Assembly (NCBI GenBank): GCA_044229145.1
Contig: JBGATO010000024.1
Span: 1 to 53,904, forward strand
Direction: 5' to 3'
Length of the DNA: 53,904 nt
From: Candidatus Eiseniibacteriota bacterium
GTDB taxonomy: Bacteria; Eisenbacteria; RBG-16-71-46; CAZEPH01
Shown piece after piece: positions 1-10,216 of this stretch. Each line of letters opens with the position of its first letter. Positions within the stretch are counted from its first letter, which is position 1. The notes beneath the pieces are model-generated. The model saw only the letters and a program-made list of their open reading frames with translations, ran no database searches and was not told where the DNA came from. Position numbers and translations under genes: made by a program.

Positions 1-168
1 AACGCTCTGTTGTCCGCGATCTATCCACCCGATCACTGCACGCTGCGACGCGCGCTCGTGGATCGCGGTTGGGTGAGTCGCGCGGACGGCCGCTACCGCT
101 TCACGCCGGACGCCTACGCGCTGCGTGCCGGTCAGGCCGCGGACGACGACGCCTCGCGCGCCACGTAA
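1..168 (+). CDS. DUF2087-family protein, C-terminal fragment (5' truncated by window edge)
   Basis: Frame 1 reads NALLSAIYPPDHCTLRRALVDRGWVSRADGRYRF...TAA(166-168), matching the DUF2087 pattern N..L....D..TLRR.LVD.G...R..G.Y; not in the ORF track. Confidence 0.65.
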   Translation, partial: NALLSAIYPPDHCTLRRALVDRGWVSRADGRYRFTPDAYALRAGQAADDDASRAT

Positions 169-1388
169 CCCCCGCGCGCCAACCACACGCCGGCCACCGC
201 CACCGCGATACCCTCCGCCACCAGGAGCGGCGCCCCGCCGATGCGCGGTACGGCCGCGCCCACCGCCAGCGCGCACACTAGGAACGTCGCCTTGGACAGC
301 ACATCGCGGGTCGAGAACACACGGGCGCGCAGCGCCGGATCGACGGCAGCTTGCACGAGCGCATCGGCACCGATCAACAGCGGCGCCGCGCCGGCGCCGG
401 CACACCACGCCAGCGCACCCAACAGGCGAAAGTCGTGCACGGCGGCGAACCCGCACAGCGCCGCGCCCAGCACCACGCCTCCGACGCCGGCCACGCGCCA
501 GGGCGACCGTGACGTCCCCCAGCGCAGCATCGCGCCGGCGCACACGATGACGCCGCCGGCCAGGAGACCGAGCAGCACGCCGGTATCCCGCGTCGGCGCC
601 GCGCTCACCCGCGCCACCGCGAGCGGCGCCAGGACGAACAGGCTCGCCCCCACCGCGTAGAGCGACACGAACATCCCCACCGCCGGCGCGACGCCGCGCG
701 TGGTGCGGATCGCTGTCAACCCTTCGCCGAGTCCCCGTACCAGTGCCGCGGGGTCGCGCCAGACTGGGGCGTGCGAGGCCGGCGCGCGCGGCGCGTGGCG
801 CGGCACCACGATGCAGGCCATCGCCGCAACCGATAGCGTGTAGGAGACGGCGTCGAGATAGAATCCGGTGGCGTAACCGAAGCGCTGGATCACCGCGCCG
901 CCTGCCAAGGCGCCGGTGAGCGTCGCGAGGATGGCACCGGCCGTCGTGCACGCGTTGGCCGCCATCAAGTGCTCGGGGGCGACGATCTCCGGGAGGATCG
1001 CGGCACGCGCCGGCAAGAAGAACACGTTGATCGTCGACAGCAGGACCAACACCGTGAGCGCGGCGGGCAGGCCGCCGCCCCACGCTTGCGACAACGGAAT
1101 CAGCAGGACGCCGGAGGCGCGCAACGCATCGCAGATCACCAACACGCGTTTGCGCGGCCAACGGTCGACGAGCGCACCCGCAAGCCCCGCGAACACCAGC
1201 ACCGGCGCGGTGGTGCACACGGCAATCCACGACAGGTGCAAGGCTGCCCCCTGCGCGCCGAGGCCCCCCGGCGCGCTGCCGACGAGCGCCACCAGCGCGA
1301 GGTAATCGAGGCGATCGCCGAGGAGCGACACGGCTTGGCCGATCCACAGCGCGACGAAATTGCGATCGAGGAAGGCGGGGCGCGTCAC
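132..1388 (-). CDS. MFS transporter
   Basis: GTG at 1388 overlaps the upstream TGA; RNFVALWIGQAVSLLGD, MFS motif A GALVDRWPRKRVL, many hydrophobic segments; the first ~305 aa of the track ORF are shadow sequence. Confidence 0.9.
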   Translation of the reverse strand: MTRPAFLDRNFVALWIGQAVSLLGDRLDYLALVALVGSAPGGLGAQGAALHLSWIAVCTTAPVLVFAGLAGALVDRWPRKRVLVICDALRASGVLLIPLSQAWGGGLPAALTVLVLLSTINVFFLPARAAILPEIVAPEHLMAANACTTAGAILATLTGALAGGAVIQRFGYATGFYLDAVSYTLSVAAMACIVVPRHAPRAPASHAPVWRDPAALVRGLGEGLTAIRTTRGVAPAVGMFVSLYAVGASLFVLAPLAVARVSAAPTRDTGVLLGLLAGGVIVCAGAMLRWGTSRSPWRVAGVGGVVLGAALCGFAAVHDFRLLGALAWCAGAGAAPLLIGADALVQAAVDPALRARVFSTRDVLSKATFLVCALAVGAAVPRIGGAPLLVAEGIAVAVAGVWLARGGYVAREASSSAA

Positions 1389-2617
1389 TCGGCGACGATC
1401 GCGACGCGTCCCACCGCGGCGGGGGCGGCGGTGTGCGCGAGCGCGGGTTCGGGACGCTCGGCGACGCCGGATCGCGAGGTCTCCGCCAAGGCGGGGCGCG
1501 GCGCGGGCACCTCGACGCCGGCGGCACGCGCGTAGATGGTTTCCATTCGCGCAGCCACCGCACTCCAGTCGTACCGCAGCGCGGTGCGGCGGCCGGCGTG
1601 CGCGAGCATCGCGCGACGTTCGGGGTCGCGGAGCACGGCGACGAGCGTGTCGGCGAGCGCGGCGGCGTCCTGCGGCGGCACCAGAACGCCGTCCTCGCCG
1701 TCGGTCACCACGCTGCGGTAGCCGTCGATGTCGGAGCACACGAGCGCGCGGCCGCTGGCCATCGCCTCGAGCAGCACGATGCCGAAGCTTTCGTTGCCGG
1801 TCGCGGGCGACACGACGACATCGGCCGCGGCGTAGTAGTGCGGTAACGCGTCGCTCGGAACCGCACCGAGGAACCGCACCGCGTCGCCGAGGCTCGCCGC
1901 CTCGCGACGGAAGCGCGCGCCGAGCGGGCCATCGCCCACCACCCACAACTCGGCCTCGGGAACGGCACGACGCAGGCCCGTCATCGCCGACAGCAAGACG
2001 CCGAGACCCTTGCGCGGATCGAGCCGGCCGACGAACAGCACCACCGGCCGTCCACGCCGGCGGCCGTCCGCCGGCGCGACGCGCGGGTGGAAGCGCCCAG
2101 TGTCGACACCGTTCGGCACGACGTCGTAGTCGCCGGGCACGTAGCGCGCGACGAATCGCCGCGCCGCGTCCGACACCGCGACGCGTGCCGCCAGACGCGC
2201 GCCGATCGCGCGCAGCGGCCGTTGGAACGCCGCGTAGCCGCGGTTGCGCGGCGCGCTCGCGTGGAACGTCCCGACCACCGGACAGCGCGCCAGCAGCACG
2301 CCGCACACGCCGATCACCGGCGCGAACGGCTCATGGACGTGCACGACATCGAAGTCGCCCTCGCGCAGCGCCGCGCCGAGGCGTGCCGGCAGCCACGGGC
2401 TCAAGGTGAGATCGCAATAGGCGCCGTTGTGCGGGATCAAGTAGGTCGGGGCGACGCGCACGACATCCGGTTCGTGCGGATCCTCGTGCGGGAAATGTCC
2501 AGTGAGAATGGTGACCTGGTGGCCACGGGCGCGCATCTGGCGCGCCAGCGCCGCGACGTGTTCGCTGACGCCGCCGAAGCGCGGATAATACGCGTGGGTG
2601 ACGACGCCGATCTTCAC
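1385..2617 (-). CDS. GT4 glycosyltransferase, PimA (phosphatidylinositol mannosyltransferase)-like
   Basis: GTG at 2617 overlaps the upstream TGA; GGVSEHV, HVHEP, GTFH, PNGVD, GRLDPRKG, ESFGIVLLEAMA. Confidence 0.85.
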   Translation of the reverse strand: MKIGVVTHAYYPRFGGVSEHVAALARQMRARGHQVTILTGHFPHEDPHEPDVVRVAPTYLIPHNGAYCDLTLSPWLPARLGAALREGDFDVVHVHEPFAPVIGVCGVLLARCPVVGTFHASAPRNRGYAAFQRPLRAIGARLAARVAVSDAARRFVARYVPGDYDVVPNGVDTGRFHPRVAPADGRRRGRPVVLFVGRLDPRKGLGVLLSAMTGLRRAVPEAELWVVGDGPLGARFRREAASLGDAVRFLGAVPSDALPHYYAAADVVVSPATGNESFGIVLLEAMASGRALVCSDIDGYRSVVTDGEDGVLVPPQDAAALADTLVAVLRDPERRAMLAHAGRRTALRYDWSAVAARMETIYARAAGVEVPAPRPALAETSRSGVAERPEPALAHTAAPAAVGRVAIVAE

Positions 2618-3594
2618 GATGCGTGCCGCGCCTCGGTCCACACTGCGGGAGTGCTGACCACCGGCGCTGCCGCCGGCACCGGCGGCGCGACGGGCGGCGC
2701 CACCGGCGGCCAGAGGGGCCGGAACATGCACCACTGCCCGGCGTGGGCGCGGATCTGGCGTTCTTGCACGTCGCGCACCGCCGCGTCGAGCGATTCGACC
2801 GCGACGCACTCCGGCGTCAGGCCGCCGATCAGCGGCTCACAGGTCAACGTGAAACGCGCGCCTCCGGTGCGCACACAGGTCAGGTGCAGCACCAGCGCGC
2901 CGGTACGCTGCGCCAGCCGCGCCGCACCGCTGCCGAGGACGGTGTCGCGCCCGCACAACTGCACGCGCCGGCCGGTCTGGAAGACATCGCCGTCGAGCGC
3001 CAAACCAACGATCTCGCCGCGCTCGAGGGCGCGGTAGAGTCCGCGATACCCGTCGCGGGCCTGCACGACTTCGACGCGGTGCCGCCGCTTCATCGTCGCG
3101 ACGTGCGGATGCAGCGCTTCCGTGAGCTGCACGCCAGTCGGCGTCAGCACGCGACGACCGGCGCGCGCGGCCAGCCACGCCGCGCACCACTCCCAATTGC
3201 CGATGTGCGAGGTGACCAGGACGATGCCGCGCCCGCTGGCCAGCGCGTCCCGCACGTGGGGGTCGCCTTCGACACGAGTGCGGGCGAGCACATCCGCCGG
3301 GGTCAAGCGCGCGAGGCGGAGGAATTCGAGGAAGTAGGCGTTGTAGCAGGCGCACACGGAGAGAAGCAGCCGCAGGCGCCGCCACGCGGAACCGCCGGCG
3401 ACCACGGCGAGGTTTTGCGTCACCGCGCGGCGCCGCGCCGGAAACGCGATCGCGTGAAACGGGGCGAGCAGCGCGGCGACGGGACGAATGGCGCGCTCGG
3501 GCATCCCGCCCGCGAGCGCGGTGAGGACGCGGAAGCCGATGCGCGACAGCGGTCGTTGCAGCACGTCCTCCCCCATCCTGAGCCGTGGCGGCAT
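2614..3594 (-). CDS. Lipid A lauroyl / PIM acyltransferase family protein (LpxL/PatA-like)
   Basis: GIVLVTSHIGNWE catalytic His motif, GEIVGLALD, C-terminal QWCMFRPLW. Confidence 0.85.
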   Translation of the reverse strand: MPPRLRMGEDVLQRPLSRIGFRVLTALAGGMPERAIRPVAALLAPFHAIAFPARRRAVTQNLAVVAGGSAWRRLRLLLSVCACYNAYFLEFLRLARLTPADVLARTRVEGDPHVRDALASGRGIVLVTSHIGNWEWCAAWLAARAGRRVLTPTGVQLTEALHPHVATMKRRHRVEVVQARDGYRGLYRALERGEIVGLALDGDVFQTGRRVQLCGRDTVLGSGAARLAQRTGALVLHLTCVRTGGARFTLTCEPLIGGLTPECVAVESLDAAVRDVQERQIRAHAGQWCMFRPLWPPVAPPVAPPVPAAAPVVSTPAVWTEARHAS

Positions 3595-3611
3595 CCTGAC
3601 ACTCCGCCCGG

Positions 3612-3640
3612 AGGCTACGCGGCGCGTGCAGGCGTGTCAA
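3612..3640 (-). promoter_or_regulatory. sigma70-type promoter for the acyltransferase operon
   Basis: TTGACA(3640-3635)-17 nt-TAGCCT(3617-3612). Confidence 0.65.
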
Positions 3641-3691
3641 TCGACAGCGGCAGCGACGCGCAGCGGCGCCAAACGACGACGCCACCACCGG

Positions 3692-3721
3692 TTGACACTC
3701 CGCCGCGGGTCGCCCTAGGAT
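3692..3721 (+). promoter_or_regulatory. sigma70-type promoter, divergent, for hypothetical-trpA-uppP
   Basis: TTGACA(3692-3697)-18 nt-TAGGAT(3716-3721). Confidence 0.65.
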
Positions 3722-3777
3722 GCCGCGTCTCTTCATACCCCATTGCACCGGAAGTCCCCGCCGGAGGGATCGACCCC

Positions 3778-4185
3778 ATGCCGAGCCAGCGCATCGTCCG
3801 CTGCGAAGTCGAACGCGGCGACACCAGCAGCGTCCGCTACGTCCCGATGGAAATCTTCGGCCTGTGGGAATTCCTCATGAAGCAACGGCACGGCTTCACG
3901 GTGAAGAGCCAGCAAGCGTCGCTGTGGATCGATGCCGAGGAGTCGCCGGACATCCGCACCAACGAGTCGAGCTTCGATGAGGTGACGGAGGTCACGCTCT
4001 TCGTGTACAGCGACACCGACGGCATGTTCTCGCGCGTGGTGCGCTACTTCCCGCACGACAACTACGAAAACCTGCGCGATATCTTCCTCAGCCACTACTC
4101 CGGCCGCACGCCCGACGGCAACATCGACCCGCAGATCAAGGAGCGGCCCGGGGTGTGGATCCGGCGAAACGGGGCGCTCGTCTGA
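3778..4185 (+). CDS. Hypothetical protein, 135 aa (MPSQRIVRCEVERGDTSS...)
   Basis: GGAGG RBS at 3763-3767, ATG at 3778, host-like C/G third positions, globular composition; no family recognised. Confidence 0.85.
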   Translation: MPSQRIVRCEVERGDTSSVRYVPMEIFGLWEFLMKQRHGFTVKSQQASLWIDAEESPDIRTNESSFDEVTEVTLFVYSDTDGMFSRVVRYFPHDNYENLRDIFLSHYSGRTPDGNIDPQIKERPGVWIRRNGALV

Positions 4186-5000
4186 GTGCGGCGCCGTCGC
4201 GTCTCGCCGCGCGGCTGACGGCGCGACGCGCCTCCGGGTCGCTCGGCTTCATCCCCTATCTGACTGCTGGGTTTCCCTCGCGCGAGGCCACCGTGGCGTG
4301 CGCCGTCGCGCTCGCCGATGCCGGCGCCGATGCCCTCGAACTCGGCGTGCCGTTCTCCGACCCGATCGCCGACGGCCCGACGATTCAACGCGCCTCGCAT
4401 GAAGCGGTGCTCGCCGGCGTCTCAGTGGGCGATGTCCTGGCGATGGCGCGCGCCATCCGGGCGGCCCGCGATCTCCCGCTCGTCGTGATGTCGTACGTCA
4501 ACCCGATCCTGGCCTATGGTACCGCGCGGTTCGCCGCCGATGCCGCGCAGGCCGGCGTCGACGCGGTGCTGCTCTCCGACCTGCCGCCGGAGGAGGAGCC
4601 GGGACTCTGGCAGGCGCTCGCGGCAGAGCACCTGGCGCGCGTGCACCTGATCGCCCCAACGACGCCGCCCGCACGACGCCGGGAACTTGCCGCGCTGTCG
4701 ACCGGGTTCGTGTACGTGCTGAGCCGGCTCGGCGTGACCGGCGGTGCGGCGGCGTTCGACGACACCCTGCCGGCGACGCTCGCCGAGGTCCGCGCGGCGA
4801 CGGCGGCACCGGTCGCGGTCGGTTTCGGGATCGCGCAGGCGTCGCAGATCACCGACACGCTCCGCCAGGCGGACGCGGTCATCGTCGGTTCGGCGCTGGT
4901 GCGCGCGATCGACGCGGCGCGCGCGGCGCCCGAGGCCGCCGTGCGAGACTGGTGCGCCGCCTTCTGTCCCGCTCTTTCGCGAAAGGATTCCGTCGCGTGA
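4182..5000 (+). CDS. trpA: Tryptophan synthase alpha subunit (start uncertain: CTG 4182 overlapping upstream stop, or GTG 4155)
   Basis: IPYLTAGFP, ELGVPFSDPIADGPTIQ, SRLGVTG, AVGFGI, IVGSALV. Confidence 0.93.
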   Translation: MSAAPSRLAARLTARRASGSLGFIPYLTAGFPSREATVACAVALADAGADALELGVPFSDPIADGPTIQRASHEAVLAGVSVGDVLAMARAIRAARDLPLVVMSYVNPILAYGTARFAADAAQAGVDAVLLSDLPPEEEPGLWQALAAEHLARVHLIAPTTPPARRRELAALSTGFVYVLSRLGVTGGAAAFDDTLPATLAEVRAATAAPVAVGFGIAQASQITDTLRQADAVIVGSALVRAIDAARAAPEAAVRDWCAAFCPALSRKDSVA

Positions 5001-5782
5001 CCGTCCTGCAGGCCATCGTGCTCGGCGCCGTCGAAGGCATCACCGAGTACCTGCCGATCTCCTCGACCGGCCATCTCATCATCGCCAGCAAGCTGCTCGG
5101 CGTGCCGCAGACCGATGCGGTGAAGGACTTCGAGATCGCGATCCAGCTCGGCGCGGTGCTCGCGGTGGCGGGGATCTACTGGCGGCGCTTCCTCGACCCG
5201 CGGACGTTCCTCCGCGTGTGCACCGCATTCCTGCCGACCGCGATCATCGGGTACGCGCTCTACAAGGTGATCAAGAGCGTGCTGATCGGCAATCTGGCGA
5301 TCGTCGCGTGGGCGCTGATGCTCGGCGGTGTGGTGATGTGGGTGGTCGAACGCGGACGGACCGCGTCGCCCGCCGCGCGGCTCGACACCCGCACGGCGGC
5401 CCACGACAGGCTTCCGACGACACGGCAGGCGCTGATCATCGGTCTCGTGCAGTCGCTCGCCGTGGTGCCGGGCGTGTCGCGATCGGCGGCGACCATCGTG
5501 GCGGGCCTCACGCTCGGCATGGCGCGCGAGGCGATCGTCGAGTTCTCGTTCCTGCTCGCAGTGCCGACGCTGGCGGCGGCCACCGTGCTCGACCTCTTCA
5601 AGTCGGCGCCCCATCTCGATGGCGACGCGGTGCGTGCCCTGGGCATCGGGTTCGTGGTGGCCGGCATCACCGCCTTCGCCGCGGTCCGCTGGCTGTTGCG
5701 CTACATCAGCACCAACACCTTCCGTCCTTTCGCCTACTACCGCGTGCTGGCGGGCCTGGCGCTCCTGCTGCTGGTGCGGTAG
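4997..5782 (+). CDS. uppP: Undecaprenyl-diphosphate phosphatase BacA/UppP
   Basis: VEGITEYLPISSTGHL, IQLGAVLAV, PGVSRSAATI, EFSFLLAVP; GTG overlaps trpA TGA. Confidence 0.95.
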   Translation: MTVLQAIVLGAVEGITEYLPISSTGHLIIASKLLGVPQTDAVKDFEIAIQLGAVLAVAGIYWRRFLDPRTFLRVCTAFLPTAIIGYALYKVIKSVLIGNLAIVAWALMLGGVVMWVVERGRTASPAARLDTRTAAHDRLPTTRQALIIGLVQSLAVVPGVSRSAATIVAGLTLGMAREAIVEFSFLLAVPTLAAATVLDLFKSAPHLDGDAVRALGIGFVVAGITAFAAVRWLLRYISTNTFRPFAYYRVLAGLALLLLVR

Positions 5783-5796
5783 TCCGGCGGGGCGGC

Positions 5797-5826
5797 TTGT
5801 CGCGCGCCGCGCTCAGGCGGTAGAGT
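5797..5826 (+). promoter_or_regulatory. Possible sigma70-type promoter for the kinase-activator pair
   Basis: TTGTCG-18 nt-TAGAGT. Confidence 0.35.
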
Positions 5827-5884
5827 CGCCGGGCGATGGATCGCCGCCGGCGCGCGCGCCGGCACCGTTCAGGGAGACGCCGCC

Positions 5885-7038
5885 GTGCGCACCGATTCGC
5901 TGCAGGATCCACCCTCCGTGCCGCCGGACGTCACGCCTGTGCGCCGCAGGGCGGCTGCGCGCCCGGGCGCCGTGTCGGACGCGACGCTCTTGCACGCCCT
6001 GCGCGAGTTGCCGGCCGGTGTGCTCCTGCTCAGCAAGGCCGGCGACGTGCTCTACGCCAATCGCGCCGCGGCGCGCCTCTTGGGACGCGCCGGCCGCTCG
6101 ATCACCGGGTTCGAGATCGACCAACTGATGCCGGCGGCGGATCCGCAGGCCCTGGCGCGCCTGCTGCGCGACGAGGAAGGCCGGCTCGACTTCACGCTCA
6201 CACGGCCGGACGGCACCACGCGCGCGCTCGGCGTCACCGCGTCGGCGGCGCCGCTCACCGGCGTCGTCCTCCACCTCACCGACCTCACCGAACTGCGCCG
6301 CGTCGAGGAGCAGCTGCGGCTGCACGCGCAACTGGCGCGTGCCGGCGAACTGTCGGCCGGCGTCGCGCACGAGATCCGCAATCCGCTGGCGAGCATCGCC
6401 GGGTGCGCGGACGTCTTGCGCCGGCGTGTCGGGGACGATCCGGCGCTCGCCGAGGCCGCCACGCTCATCTTGCAGGAGACCGAGCGGCTGTCGCGCATCA
6501 CCACGACGTTCCTCCAACTTGCCCGCTCCGCGCCGGCGCGCATGGCGCTCGGCCACATCACCGAGTGCATCGACCGCGGACTGGCGCTGATCGAGGCGCA
6601 GGCCGGATCGCAGAGCGTCACCATCGCGCGCGACGGCGATGGGCGCGACATCCCCGACATGTGGCTCGACCGCGATCAACTCGTGCAAGTGGTGCTCAAC
6701 ATCCTGCAGAACGCGCTGCAAGCGATGCCGCAGGGCGGCACCCTGACGGTGCGGCTGCGCCACACGCAGAAGCGTCGGCGCGCCGCGGGCCGCGCGTTCC
6801 GGTGGTCGAACTGAGCATCTGCGACACCGGCTCCGGCATTCCGGCCGAAATCCGCGGCCACGAGTTCGCGCCGTTCCGCACCACGCGGCCGAGCGGCACC
6901 GGCCTCGGACTGCCGATCTCGCTGCAGATCGTGCGCGATCACGGCGGCCACATCGACATCGACTGCCCCGCCAGCGGCGGCACACGCGTCACCATCGAAC
7001 TGCCGGTGGACAAGCGACGCGGGCGCCGCCGCACGTAG
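5885..7038 (+). pseudogene. PAS sensor histidine kinase (NtrB/AtoS-type) split by a frameshift near 6780-6797 (pseudogene or assembly indel)
   Basis: Frame 5885-6814 has PAS, AHEIRNPL H-box and NILQNALQAM N-box; the G1/F/G2 boxes (DTGSGIP, PFRTT, GTGLGL) continue in another frame to TAG 7038. Confidence 0.85.
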
Positions 7039-7068
7039 CGGCCCCTTCCCCGGGAGGTTGTCCACCCG

Positions 7069-8522
<1,454 letters not shown>

Positions 8523-8523
<1 letters not shown>

Positions 8524-8586
8524 CAATTTGCCCGCAGGGTGGTTGCAAAATGCCCAGTGGGCGCGCGGGCGGGTGGAGAATCCACC
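8523..8586. promoter_or_regulatory. Candidate upstream activator (enhancer) sites for the sigma54 promoter
   Basis: Direct repeat GCAAWWTGCCC at 8523-8533 and 8545-8555 (22 nt apart) and inverted repeat GGTGGA-gaa-TCCACC at 8572-8586, about 140-200 nt upstream of the -24 box. Confidence 0.4.
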
Positions 8587-8726
8587 ACCGTGTGGCGATG
8601 GCCGCGGCCACTTCTCGGCCACCAATTCCCCACGGGGCGAATTGACGCTCGGCTAACTGCCCGCATCACAGCACGTTGGAAATTTCCCCCAGCCGCCTGG
8701 CGACGTGGTCACTCTTCGACCGTGGC

Positions 8727-8743
8727 GCGGCATGCACATTGCA
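8727..8743 (+). promoter_or_regulatory. sigma54 (-24/-12) promoter
   Basis: GCGGCATGCACATTGCA: GG(8729-30)-N10-GC(8741-42), close to YTGGCACG-N4-TTGCW, next to a sigma54 activator gene. Confidence 0.75.
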
Positions 8744-8822
8744 CAACCCCTGCTCGCAACGCGAACGAACGACGCGCACGACCGCTCGTTCGATCCCCGT
8801 CACCACTCACGAATGCGAGCCC

Positions 8823-9209
8823 ATGACACTTCTCATCGTCGAACACGACAAGGCCGCCGCCTACACCCTCTGCGAGGGATTGGCGCGCGATGGCCACACG
8901 ATCGCGACGGTGACCTCAGGCGCTCATGCCCTTCGCGCGGTGGAACGGAACGCGTACGACGCCTGCCTGTTGGCGGACGATCTGCCCGACACCTCGCTCA
9001 CCGAGTTGGTGCGCGCGCTGCACGACGTGGATCCGTCCCTGAAGACTCTCGCCTTGCTCTCGTCCGACGTCGCGCCGCACACGGATGTGCGGACTCGACT
9101 CGACGCCGATGCGAGCCTCGCGAAGCCGTTCAGCCTTGCCACCGTGCGCGCGTCGGTCGTGCGTCTCCGCGATCGCGATGACGACGCGGATCTGCAGCGC
9201 GCCGCCTAG
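8823..9209 (+). CDS. Single-domain atypical (pseudo-)receiver protein
   Basis: MTLLIVEHD...DACLLADDLPD...LAKPFS: REC fold motifs with Ala at the phospho-Asp position. Confidence 0.8.
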   Translation: MTLLIVEHDKAAAYTLCEGLARDGHTIATVTSGAHALRAVERNAYDACLLADDLPDTSLTELVRALHDVDPSLKTLALLSSDVAPHTDVRTRLDADASLAKPFSLATVRASVVRLRDRDDDADLQRAA

Positions 9210-9295
9210 GCGACACCCCGCAGATCTTCGCCCGTCGGTTCGATCGTCCACGAGTGCAGTACGCCGCCCCGGTCGAGGGGCACCTTGGAGGATTC

Positions 9296-10216
9296 ATGGC
9301 TCGCGCTTCCGCCGCCGCTCTGGTTCAGACGCCGAAGACTCGCACCGCTCGCGCCACCGCGCCCGCTCCGAAGGCGACGCGTCGCCGCGCGACTCCGGTG
9401 CTGACGGTCATCGAGACCGAGCAGCCGACGCCGCCGACCCCGACGCCGACCGCGGTGATGCCGCCGGTGGACCGCAACGAGGCGGTGAAGCGCTACACGC
9501 CGTTGGTCAAGCACGTCGTCGACCGCATCGCGGTGGGCCTCCCGAAGATCGTCGACATGGACGACTTGATGAACGCGGCGGTGATCGGTCTGCTCGACGC
9601 GCTCGACAAGTACGACGAGGGCAAGGGCACCAAGTTCGAGACCTACGCGGTGTGGCGGATCCGCGGTGCCGTGCTCGACGAGTTGCGCACGATGGACTGG
9701 GCCTCGCGCTCGCTGCGCCGCAAGGCCCGCGCGATCGAGGCGAAGTCGAAGGAGCTGGTGCAGAAGTTCGGGCGCCCGGCCACCGACATGGAAATCGCCG
9801 ATGCGCTCGACATGGACGCGCAGGAATACTATCGCGTCATGGAAGACGTGAAGGGCACCGTCTTCTACTCGCTCGACCACTCGGGTCCGGAAGACGAGCG
9901 TGGTGTCACCGGCTTGCTCGAGTCGATCGAAGACCCCAACGCGCCGGACCCGCTCGGCGACATCGAGACCAGCGAAATCAAGGACCACCTGCTCGAGGCG
10001 ATCAACCGCCTGCCGGAGCAGGAGCGCTTGGTGGTCGCGTTCTACTACTACGAGGAGATCACGCTCAAGGAGATCGGCGAGACGCTGCACATCTCCGAGT
10101 CGCGCGCCTCGCAGGTGCACTCGCGCGCGCTGCAGCGCTTGCAGACGCGCATCCGCAACAGCTGGGGCCGCGACGACGCGGTCGGCCACCAGCTCTTCCC
10201 GCGGATGGCGGCATGA
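9296..10216 (+). CDS. fliA: FliA/WhiG-family RNA polymerase sigma factor (sigma28)
   Basis: GGAGG RBS; IGLLDALDKYD, KFETYAVWRIRGAVLDELRTMDW, YYYEEITLKEIGETLHISESRASQVH. Confidence 0.93.
   Translation: MARASAAALVQTPKTRTARATAPAPKATRRRATPVLTVIETEQPTPPTPTPTAVMPPVDRNEAVKRYTPLVKHVVDRIAVGLPKIVDMDDLMNAAVIGLLDALDKYDEGKGTKFETYAVWRIRGAVLDELRTMDWASRSLRRKARAIEAKSKELVQKFGRPATDMEIADALDMDAQEYYRVMEDVKGTVFYSLDHSGPEDERGVTGLLESIEDPNAPDPLGDIETSEIKDHLLEAINRLPEQERLVVAFYYYEEITLKEIGETLHISESRASQVHSRALQRLQTRIRNSWGRDDAVGHQLFPRMAA

Noticed and set aside
6770..6814. Programmed ribosomal frameshift in the PAS kinase
   Set aside because: No slippery heptamer or homopolymer run at the junction
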